A stretch of DNA of 64,000 nt, taken from Acidobacteriota bacterium (lineage in GTDB: Bacteria; Acidobacteriota; Terriglobia; Bryobacterales; UBA6623). The DNA lies in contig JAQBUE010000001.1 of NCBI GenBank assembly GCA_027624045.1, positions 24,511 to 88,510 on the forward strand, in the 5' to 3' direction. The position numbers and the translations under genes were made by a program. The notes under the pieces were generated by a model. That model did not search any database, had not been told where the DNA came from, and saw only the letters and a list, made by a program, of their open reading frames with translations. Positions 36,999 to 44,690 of the stretch are shown piece after piece (positions within the stretch are counted from its first letter, which is position 1; every line of letters starts with the position of its first letter).

Positions 36999-37823
36999 TT
37001 AACGCTGCTCTTCGAGCAACCGGTAGACCTCGCGTTTCGGAATTCCGCGTTCCTTGGCCACTTGCTTGATGGCCTCCATCCGCTCCGTTCCCTCGCCGAT
37101 AAGGAGTTTCACGCGTTCGATGATCGTTCCCACCATGCGGCTGGGGGATGTGCTCCGACCGATCAACAACGTGATCTCACCCTTCACCGAACTGCGCTGT
37201 TGAAGGGTTGCGAGCACCCGCGACGCCGGGCCGCGCAAGAATTCCTCGTGAACTTTGGTCAACTCGCGTGCGACAACGGTGGGGCGGTCGCCGAGTGTCG
37301 CGATGATGTCGTCCAGCGTCGTGAGGATGCGGTGAGGCGCTTCATAGAAGACCAGCGTGGCGGGATCATCAGCAAGGGCTTCCAAGACCTTGCGGCGTTG
37401 TGTGGTCTTAGGGGGAAGAAAACCTCCGAAGCGGAAGGCGTCCGTTGGAAGCCCTGATGCCGCAAGTGCTGTTTCGAGCGCAACCGGCCCAGGAATGGGT
37501 GTTACCGTAACGCCCGCCTCGATCGCCTCTTGGACAACACGGTAGCCAGGATCTGAGATCCCCGGCATCCCCGCGTCGGAGACAATCGCAATGGACACGC
37601 CCCGGGCCGCGCGGTCCACAAGCTCGCCGGCCCGCTCGGCCTCGTTGTGCTCATGAAAACTGATCAGCGGCTTATTGATCTCAAAGTGCTTCAGTAGCTT
37701 GCCCGTGTGGCGTGTATCCTCGCAGGCGATCAGGTCAACTTCACGCAAGATCCGCAACGCCCGCAAGGTAATGTCTTCGAGGTTCCCGAGCGGTGTCGCC
37801 ACCAGATAGATTGTGCCCGCCAC
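36999..37823 (-). CDS. rsmI: 16S rRNA (cytidine1402-2'-O)-methyltransferase
   Basis: GTIYLVATPLGNLEDITLRALRILREVDLIACEDTRHTGKLL and SDAGMPGISDPG blocks. GTG start. Confidence 0.9.
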   Translation of the reverse strand: MAGTIYLVATPLGNLEDITLRALRILREVDLIACEDTRHTGKLLKHFEINKPLISFHEHNEAERAGELVDRAARGVSIAIVSDAGMPGISDPGYRVVQEAIEAGVTVTPIPGPVALETALAASGLPTDAFRFGGFLPPKTTQRRKVLEALADDPATLVFYEAPHRILTTLDDIIATLGDRPTVVARELTKVHEEFLRGPASRVLATLQQRSSVKGEITLLIGRSTSPSRMVGTIIERVKLLIGEGTERMEAIKQVAKERGIPKREVYRLLEEQR

Positions 37824-37928
37824 AAGAATCAGAGCCGTAACCTCCAGGGAGCGGTCCAGCGACTCAACCGGCCACCCACTTGCTAAGCCTTCGCCGACGA
37901 GAAGAACACCAGCAGCTTCAAGTCTTCT

Positions 37929-38050
37929 TCAATTACTGTGGAACTTGTGCGCCGCTCCGGCCTTAACAATGATAATCCCGGCGGGAAGCGCCTCGTGGTC
38001 CTCGCCGCCGACGGTGATCTTCCCGCGCCCGCGGCCCTGCCGATTGGCGG
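37929..38050 (-). pseudogene. C-terminal remnant of a cupin-domain gene
   Basis: The frame directly after the aquaporin stop reads ...GRGRGKITVGGEDHEALPAGIIIVKAGAAHKFHSN*, resembling cupin motif 2 (G..P.G..H...N region). Cupin motif 1 and the N-terminal half are absent, and the upstream part of the ORF overlaps the aquaporin 3' end. Confidence 0.3.
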
Positions 38051-38695
38051 CTATTTGTCTTTCAGCGCCCCATAAAACAAGGCCGCAAGCACACCGCCCA
38101 GCGGACATGCCAGGAAGTAGATCCACACGGTCGCCATCGCGTTCGGCGCGCTGCTGAACAGGGCCGGGCCGAGAGTCCGCGCCGGATTCAGCGAAGCGCC
38201 TGTCAGCGGTCCACCCATCAAGATGCAGAAAACGAGAGTCAAACCGATTGCGATCGGGGCGAAATCACCTGCCTTGCCGCTCACCGCCGTGAAGTAAATC
38301 GCGTTCACGAGGAAGAACGTCAGGATCACTTCGAGGACGAACGTTTGCGCGACGCTGACACCCGCCGCTGGAACCGTGGCGCCGAGTGTTCCCGCCTGGG
38401 CGCCCAACACGAAGTTCAGCACCGCCGCGCCCGCGATTCCGCCCAGCAGTTGCACGACGATATAGCCGATCGCGTTGCCGATATCGATCTTGCCGCCGAC
38501 GAGCAGGCCGATCGTCACGGCGGGGTTGATATGGGTGCCCGAGATCGAGCCAAAGGCATACGCGAAGCCTAGAACAACGAAGCCGTGCGCAAGCGCGACG
38601 GCAACCAAACTGCCGCTGATGGCGCCCGCGCCCGCGCCGATAAAGATGAGCGCGAACGTTCCGACGAATTCCGCGACAAGTGCCTTACTGTTCAT
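38051..38695 (-). CDS. aqpZ: MIP family channel (aquaporin Z-like)
   Basis: Start at ATG 38695 (MNSKALVAEFVGTF). Two NPA boxes (HINPAVT, SLNPART). Confidence 0.85.
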   Translation of the reverse strand: MNSKALVAEFVGTFALIFIGAGAGAISGSLVAVALAHGFVVLGFAYAFGSISGTHINPAVTIGLLVGGKIDIGNAIGYIVVQLLGGIAGAAVLNFVLGAQAGTLGATVPAAGVSVAQTFVLEVILTFFLVNAIYFTAVSGKAGDFAPIAIGLTLVFCILMGGPLTGASLNPARTLGPALFSSAPNAMATVWIYFLACPLGGVLAALFYGALKDK

Positions 38696-38808
38696 CAGTC
38701 CTCCTCCGTGACCTCGGCCACCGAACCAGCGGCCGCTCAAGTGACCATCGAGTTGAGAGTATACGAAACCGGGAGCCGCCGTGGGGCGAACCGCGGCTAG
38801 CGCTGAGG

Positions 38809-39552
38809 CTAGCGAACGATATCGCTTTCGGTCAAGCCGGTGTTGATTTCCAGGCTCATCGTCGTCGTCTCGGTTGCCACCTTGCCGTTGCGGACGACGC
38901 GCTTATGGAACGGCCAGCGGTAGCCGCCGGATTCCTGAAAGTTCGAAAAGTACTCTTCCACCTGGGCCATGCCACCCCCGGGCGCATCGCCGACGAACAT
39001 CTTTTTCAACACGTCGTGGGTTTCGCTATCAACGAACAGGCGCAAGGGCGGCCCGCCAACCTCTCGCAGTTCGATGACGTCGGTTTGGCGACCCTCGACT
39101 TCTTCCTTGTTGAGCAGCCAGATTGAATCGCGCGGCGGCGGCGGCGAAAGCAGAACGTGGGAGCGGCTAAGTTCCATCTTGTACCGCTTAGCCAACGCAT
39201 CGGGCATGTAATGGATGTCGCCGGGAACAATCTGCCAGGCCTTGTCACCGTTGAATACCACGATGATTTTCGCTTTCGGGTCGTCGATTTCCTGCCGTAC
39301 GAGTCCCGGATGTAGGTAGTAGCCCTTGCTGTGCCGTTGCACTTCTCCGTCCGGGGTCAGGGCTTTCGTCTGCAACTCAAAAACATAATCCTTCACAGGG
39401 ACGCTGTCCGCCTTGACGCCGGCGGCCGCTCGCGCCTGCTGGAAGATCTCCCAACCGCGCTCCCTCGCGTCATCCTGGGCACGCGCCGTTCCCGCCAGGA
39501 TCGTCAGCGCGCAGAGAGCCGCCGGAAGCCCAGTCCTCACAATCGCCATCAT
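38809..39552 (-). CDS. hypothetical secreted protein (possibly LolA-like / lipoprotein-sorting-like fold)
   Basis: 247 aa with a signal peptide ending ARAQ. Beta-rich sequence with no catalytic motif. The fold suggestion is weak. Confidence 0.4.
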   Translation of the reverse strand: MMAIVRTGLPAALCALTILAGTARAQDDARERGWEIFQQARAAAGVKADSVPVKDYVFELQTKALTPDGEVQRHSKGYYLHPGLVRQEIDDPKAKIIVVFNGDKAWQIVPGDIHYMPDALAKRYKMELSRSHVLLSPPPPRDSIWLLNKEEVEGRQTDVIELREVGGPPLRLFVDSETHDVLKKMFVGDAPGGGMAQVEEYFSNFQESGGYRWPFHKRVVRNGKVATETTTMSLEINTGLTESDIVR

Positions 39553-39688
39553 GTTCTCTATTGTCGCGCCAACTCAGGGCGAGGCCAACCAAAACATGTT
39601 GGGAGCATCACGAGCAGGGCGTGTGAAAAGTCTGGGAGAGCCAAGCACAGTCCGCTAAGTTCTCCCGGAAAGCGCCGAAAAGAGCTAA

Positions 39689-42600
39689 GTGTGGGTACGT
39701 CGATGTTTGACTGCTGGGCTGGCTTGTCTGCTCGCCGTGGCGGGCGTTGCATCCGGGCAAAGTCCTTCCCGTCTCGATTACAGCCGCTTTGACCGCAGGA
39801 CGTTTCCCCTAACTCGATCGAAGAACGGCGAAGCCGCGAGCGCTGCCGGCCTGATCACTCGGGCGCGGGCGATTCTTCGAACCGGCTCGCCGCTCAGCGC
39901 CGCTCGCGCCGGCGATCCGGAAGCCATCGCCCGTGACTACCTTTCCCGGTTGAATAACTCTTCTCGTGGCAAGACACAGCCAGATCTCGACTGGGCGCTC
40001 ACCGCCCGTTACGAGACCCCCAAAGCCGGGCTCACGCATCTGGTCTTCGAGCCGCAATGGACGGGTGTGAATTTTTTCGACGCGCAAACAACTGTACATA
40101 TTGACCGTGATGGCCGTGTCTGGCGAGTCAACCAGGCGGCGGCCGAGTCAGAAGCCGGTTACCTGACCGTCACACTCTCTCAACGCCAAGCTGTCGAATC
40201 CGCTGTTTCCAAACTATCTCCAGATGTCGAATTGAGCCTCAATATCCAGTCTCCCGAGACGGGACCTGAGAGGCGAATGGTGCTATCCAGTCCGCAGCTG
40301 TATAGTCCGGTGCCGGTTCGCCTGGTGTGGTTTGGCTTGCGGCCCCAAGCCGTGGCCGCTTGGGAGATGCTGATCGATCTTTCCCCGCAAGGCGTATATT
40401 CTGTCGTCGTCGACGGTGTCGGAGGCGAGATTCTCTTCAGCCGCAATCTCACCCAGGCTCTCGAACCCTGGGGGAAAGTGTTTCGCGCGCCCGATCGTGC
40501 GAATCCCTCGCAGGGAGCGCGAACCGCGGAGCCGCTCACGGGCTGGCCTGCGGCCGGCGGCCTCTGTCCGGCTGAAATCTACCCCGGCTGGTTTCGCTCG
40601 GGCGTCCTGGAAGGTTCTTGTTGGATTGAGGACGACGAGACCAACGGCAACAACGTTGATGCCTGTCGCGACGCCGACGCCAATAATCTGTGCGATGCTC
40701 GTGAGACAGGCGCAGCGGGCGTGTTTGATTTCGCGTTCACTGACAGCTACGCAACCACCAACAACACCTTGCCTGACCGGGACGCTGCGCTGACAAACGC
40801 CTTCTACTGGGCAAATGCCATACACGACTGGCTCTACGGTCTGGGGTTCGATGAGCCGGCTGGCAATTTCCAGGCTGCTAACTTCGGGCGGGGCGGGGCT
40901 GAGGGCGATGCCGTACGAATCGATGTCGAAGATTCGTCCGTCCCCAACAACGCGACCTTCCTAGCGCCGCCCGACGGCATCGCGCCGCGCATGCAGTTGG
41001 GACTGTTTACCTACAGCCGCCATGACGCCGCGTTTGACGCCGACGTCATGATTCACGAGTATGCACACGGCCTATCGACAAGGCTTATCGGCGGCCCCGG
41101 CAGCTCGGCCGGCCTGTTCCTGTGGCACAGCGGCGCCATGAGCGAAGGGTGGAGCGACATCTACGCCGCCTCGTTCACCGCTGATCCGGTCGTCGGCGAG
41201 TACGTAACCGGGAACCCGACGAGCGGACTCCGTACGGTCGCTTACGACAACAGCCCGTACACGTTCGGGGACATGGGCACGCTCTTTCTCAAAGTCATCC
41301 CCGGGACGGGGCGACTGCTGCGCGTCCCGCAACTGCATCACGACGGCGAGATCTGGGCCAGCGTACTTTGGGACGTGCGCTCGGCTCTGGGCGCCGAAGA
41401 CTTCGAGCAGGCTGTTACAACCGGCCTCAAGCTCACACCGAGTCGGCCGTCGATGCTTGATGCCCGCGACGCCATGCTACAGGCGGCTCAACTGCTGGGC
41501 GTTGGCGGCGCGGATGGCTGTCAGCTGTGGGTCGCCTTCGCGACCCGTGGTTTCGGGGCCTCCGCCGCTCTCAATCCTATCGAGGACGGTCAGCCGAACG
41601 ACACGGCGCTCAGCGTTTTCGCGTCTTTCGACTTGCCGCCGGCCTGTGGCGGGGTGGCCCCGGCGGTGGCTGCCACCCTGTTGTTCGAAGACGCCGAGGC
41701 CGGTGGTTCAGGCTGGGAGGCGACCGGCCCCTGGCACGTTTCGACGCGCCGTGCGGCAGCGGGCGCCTATTCCTGGTGGTTCGGTGATGAAGCGGCAGGG
41801 AACTATAGCACCGGTGCACGGACATTCGGAACCTTGACCTCGCCCGCGACCGATCTAACGGGCGTTTCCGGCGCGCTTATCGAGTGGGATCAATATCTCG
41901 ACGGCGAAGGCTTTGGGGCTGCCATCGACCTAGGCACTTCGAGCGGGGCGTATCTCAACGCCGATTCAGGGCGCTTGATGATCAGCACTGACAACGGCGT
42001 CACCTGGCAAACGATCAGCCACCTGGCACACGACACAGCGGGTTTCGAGCATCACCGCGTGAACCTCACGCGCTACACCGGACAAAGCGTGCGGCTGCGC
42101 TTCGACTTCGATACGTTTGACGCTAATTCGAATCTCCACGAAGGTTGGTTCATCGACAACATTCGAGTCTCGGCGACCGGAGCGGCAAGTGGCCCACCGA
42201 CCGCGGAGTGGCGCTTTGATGAAGCAGGCGCGGGCAGCGGAGTCACGGTGAGCGACTCCTCCGGCGCCGGAAACGACGGACTCACGCAAGGCTTCGGAAC
42301 GATCGCCGTTCCGGGTGTTGCCGGTAACGCCCGGCGGCTGAACGGTTCAACCGACGCGATTGACTTCGGTCTCGCCTCGGCTTTCACGCCGTCGAGCTTC
42401 ACCGTCAGAGCGTGGGTACGATTGGAATCGTATCCGGCGAGCCTGGGCACGATCCTCTCCGCTTACGGAGGCAACTACCGCGGCTGGTGGTTGGGCGTAA
42501 ACTCGCAGGGCCGGCTATTGTTTCTGAGCGCCAAGCAACCCTCCAGCGCGCACTGGCTTTCATCGGCCGACCCTCTGCCGCCCGGAGGCTGGCACCATAT

Positions 42601-44113
42601 CGCGGTGAGTTACGATCATCTGGCGCAACAAGCGTCGATGTACGTCGACGGCAGCCTGAGTACACAGGCCACGATCCCCGGCCTGGACCCTGAAACAACC
42701 TTGCCGCTGCTGGCCGGAAAAGCCTCCTGGTTTCCCGGCTACTACCTCGACCTCACGATCGACGAAACCCGCATCGACGGCTACGCGAAAACTGCCGCTG
42801 AGATCACCGCCGATTTCGCTCTCTTCAGCGCCCCGGCTCCTCCGGCCGAGCCCGCGGTCGCCGCCCGCTGGAACTTCGACGACGGTGCCGAAGATGTGTC
42901 CAGCAACGGACACGACGGCGTTCTCGCTGGAACCACCCAGACAGCCGGCGTTGACGGCCTCGGCCGCCGCTTCGATGGCGTGAGCGATTCGATGAGCATC
43001 CCGTGGTCGCCCCGCTTGACGCCCTCGCGGTTTACGCTGCGCACCTGGCTGAAACTGGACAGCTATCCCGGCGGGCTCGGCGTGGTCTTCGCGAACTACG
43101 GCGGCAACTACCAAGGCTGGTACGTCGCCGTGCGGCCCGACGCACGAGTGCTGTTCTCGCTGAATCGTTTGCCGGCGTCGTCCCGGGGCGTCGTTTCGTC
43201 CTCGGTGCTCGACCTCAACCGCTGGTACCACGTGACGGTGACTTACGACGGCAGGACGCAACGGGCCGCCGTCTACCTTGATGGCGCCTTGGAAGGTCAG
43301 GCGATTGTCGCCGGCCTGACAGCGCAAGATTCAGGAACCGCGTCGGTCGGCAAGGCAAGCTGGTTGAGCGGCTATCAGCTCGCATTCTCCATCGACGAGA
43401 CTAAGCTCGTCCCTGACGTCTGGGCCCCCGCTCAAGTCGAGGGAGACTACACCTCTTTCCCTGCCCCTGCCGCGCTTCAGCCTGCCGCCGCGTGGGCTTT
43501 CGACAACCTGGGCGAGGGGTCGGGGATCGTTCTCACTGACAGCTCGGGCAACCAACACGACGCTATCACCGCCGGTGCCGGGACGAGTTCCGTCGCGGGT
43601 AATTCCGGCCTCGCCCGCGCCTTCGACGGCGTTTCGAGCTACGCCACGGTTGCGCCCGATGCCGGCCTGAGCGCCGCCAGTTTCAGCTTCACGGCGTGGA
43701 TCAAACTGCAAGCGCTTCCGCTGGGTTGGGGAGTAATCTTCTCGAACTACGGCGGCGACTACCAGGGGTGGTTCTGCGGCGTCAATTCCTCGGGGCGCCT
43801 GCTCCTGTCGGTTGCCGGCCTGCCGGCCTATTCGAGTTGGCTTGTCTCGGATGCGGCCCTTGCACCCGGTCAATGGCATCATGTCGCGTTCACGTTCGAC
43901 GGCTCGATCGGCCGGGGCGAGATCTACATCGACGGCACGCTCGACCGCGGGGGAGTCTTCGGCGGCTTCACCCAGCAGACCGCCACGCAACTCATCTTCG
44001 GCCGCGCGTCCTGGTACAACGGCGCCTACCTGCCTTTCTCGATCGATACGGCCCGGTTCTATGGCGAGAAGCTGTCCGCTGGGGGCATTGCCGCCGACAT
44101 GAGCGCGCCTTGA
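39689..44113 (+). CDS. secreted M36 (fungalysin-type) metallopeptidase fused to a MAM-like beta-sandwich and three LamG-like domains
   Basis: 1474 aa with a GTG start and a signal peptide. HEYAH zinc motif at nt 41054-41068, with downstream GAMSEGWSD (third ligand Glu). Three colinear ~210-aa C-terminal repeats with LamG-like W..V....G....Y.DG pattern. Confidence 0.8.
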   Translation: MWVRRCLTAGLACLLAVAGVASGQSPSRLDYSRFDRRTFPLTRSKNGEAASAAGLITRARAILRTGSPLSAARAGDPEAIARDYLSRLNNSSRGKTQPDLDWALTARYETPKAGLTHLVFEPQWTGVNFFDAQTTVHIDRDGRVWRVNQAAAESEAGYLTVTLSQRQAVESAVSKLSPDVELSLNIQSPETGPERRMVLSSPQLYSPVPVRLVWFGLRPQAVAAWEMLIDLSPQGVYSVVVDGVGGEILFSRNLTQALEPWGKVFRAPDRANPSQGARTAEPLTGWPAAGGLCPAEIYPGWFRSGVLEGSCWIEDDETNGNNVDACRDADANNLCDARETGAAGVFDFAFTDSYATTNNTLPDRDAALTNAFYWANAIHDWLYGLGFDEPAGNFQAANFGRGGAEGDAVRIDVEDSSVPNNATFLAPPDGIAPRMQLGLFTYSRHDAAFDADVMIHEYAHGLSTRLIGGPGSSAGLFLWHSGAMSEGWSDIYAASFTADPVVGEYVTGNPTSGLRTVAYDNSPYTFGDMGTLFLKVIPGTGRLLRVPQLHHDGEIWASVLWDVRSALGAEDFEQAVTTGLKLTPSRPSMLDARDAMLQAAQLLGVGGADGCQLWVAFATRGFGASAALNPIEDGQPNDTALSVFASFDLPPACGGVAPAVAATLLFEDAEAGGSGWEATGPWHVSTRRAAAGAYSWWFGDEAAGNYSTGARTFGTLTSPATDLTGVSGALIEWDQYLDGEGFGAAIDLGTSSGAYLNADSGRLMISTDNGVTWQTISHLAHDTAGFEHHRVNLTRYTGQSVRLRFDFDTFDANSNLHEGWFIDNIRVSATGAASGPPTAEWRFDEAGAGSGVTVSDSSGAGNDGLTQGFGTIAVPGVAGNARRLNGSTDAIDFGLASAFTPSSFTVRAWVRLESYPASLGTILSAYGGNYRGWWLGVNSQGRLLFLSAKQPSSAHWLSSADPLPPGGWHHIAVSYDHLAQQASMYVDGSLSTQATIPGLDPETTLPLLAGKASWFPGYYLDLTIDETRIDGYAKTAAEITADFALFSAPAPPAEPAVAARWNFDDGAEDVSSNGHDGVLAGTTQTAGVDGLGRRFDGVSDSMSIPWSPRLTPSRFTLRTWLKLDSYPGGLGVVFANYGGNYQGWYVAVRPDARVLFSLNRLPASSRGVVSSSVLDLNRWYHVTVTYDGRTQRAAVYLDGALEGQAIVAGLTAQDSGTASVGKASWLSGYQLAFSIDETKLVPDVWAPAQVEGDYTSFPAPAALQPAAAWAFDNLGEGSGIVLTDSSGNQHDAITAGAGTSSVAGNSGLARAFDGVSSYATVAPDAGLSAASFSFTAWIKLQALPLGWGVIFSNYGGDYQGWFCGVNSSGRLLLSVAGLPAYSSWLVSDAALAPGQWHHVAFTFDGSIGRGEIYIDGTLDRGGVFGGFTQQTATQLIFGRASWYNGAYLPFSIDTARFYGEKLSAGGIAADMSAP
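42197..44110 (+). repeat. three tandem diverged ~630-650-nt coding repeats (LamG-like modules) inside the M36 gene
   Basis: Units are approx 42197-42850, 42851-43477 and 43478-44110. Shared blocks: DSSG..(N)DG, F(T/S)(V/L/F)..W(V/L/I)(R/K)L.SYP..LG.(I/V)(L/F)(S/A)(A/N)YGG(N/D)Y.GW, W(H/Y)H(I/V).V(S/T)YD, and ID(E/T)T(R/K). Confidence 0.65.
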
Positions 44114-44141
44114 ATGGACGGTTGAGTCAGCGAGCCGGCGG

Positions 44142-44165
44142 GATGCATCAAAATGCATCATTTTG
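44142..44165 (+). terminator. putative intrinsic terminator of the M36 gene
   Basis: GATGCAT-caaa-ATGCATC 7-bp hairpin followed by ATTTTG, about 30 nt after the stop at 44113. Confidence 0.4.
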
Positions 44166-44667
44166 CAACATGTCTGAGTTTTCTCTTCCTGGGCAGCCGA
44201 CCCTCCGATGAATCTTCGGCAGTGATGGATGTTGTTGATAAAGCAGAAGATAGAGGTGTTCGTGGCGTCTGACACAAAGGCCGGCCGGGAGTGGGGGCGG
44301 AAGAGAGTGTGGCACGGTTTTGGGGGGCGTTGTTCGTGAACCGGGTTGAGGCGTGGTCCGCGATCAATTGGTGACAAGTAGTAGCCTGTGTCAGTGACTT
44401 TTCTCGGGCCTTGCTACGCAGCCTATGCTTTCTATGACCCAGGGCAAGTATAACCTCGGAGAAGGCTGCTGGCGGGGGCTAGAAAATGTAAGTTGTTGAA
44501 GACTAGGGAAATAAATATGTTGACTTGGCGTGATCGGACTATCGAGCGGTCGCGCCGTTGCTCGGTAGCCTGGGGGTAGTTCGTTTGGTAAAAGAGCGTT
44601 TCTTGGGATCTTTGCGTTCGCTCGCCGACGTTGGCGGCGATGCGGAGTCGCAAGAGTCAAAGGCCGC

Positions 44668-44687
44668 GGACCTCAAAACGGAGGTCC
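44668..44687 (-). terminator. putative terminator hairpin of the 752-aa gene
   Basis: GGACCTC-aaaacg-GAGGTCC 7-bp stem, 3 nt downstream of the stop at 44691-44693 on the minus strand. The U-tract is only weak (CCUUUGACUCUU). Confidence 0.3.
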
Positions 44688-44690
44688 CCG

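Noticed and set aside
37929-38126. 65-aa ORF as an intact small cupin gene
   Set aside because: It is too short for a cupin barrel and lacks motif 1. Its first third overlaps the aquaporin 3' end with non-cupin sequence. It is kept only as a probable gene remnant (37929-38050).
44310-44325. Sigma-54-like TGGCAC element (TGGCACGGTTTTGGGG)
   Set aside because: The -12 element does not match TTGC at the required spacing, and there is no downstream plus-strand gene to drive.
43331-44377. 348-aa minus-strand ORF antisense to the LamG repeat region
   Set aside because: Antisense to a strongly supported CDS, low-complexity Arg/Gly-rich translation, and it continues into non-coding spacer. Shadow ORF.
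44391-44660. 89-aa and 73-aa minus-strand ORFs and a 71-aa plus-strand ORF in the long spacer
   Set aside because: The translations are Arg/Pro/Ser-rich with no hydrophobic core pattern, have no SD, and overlap one another in different frames. They are not credible as genes.
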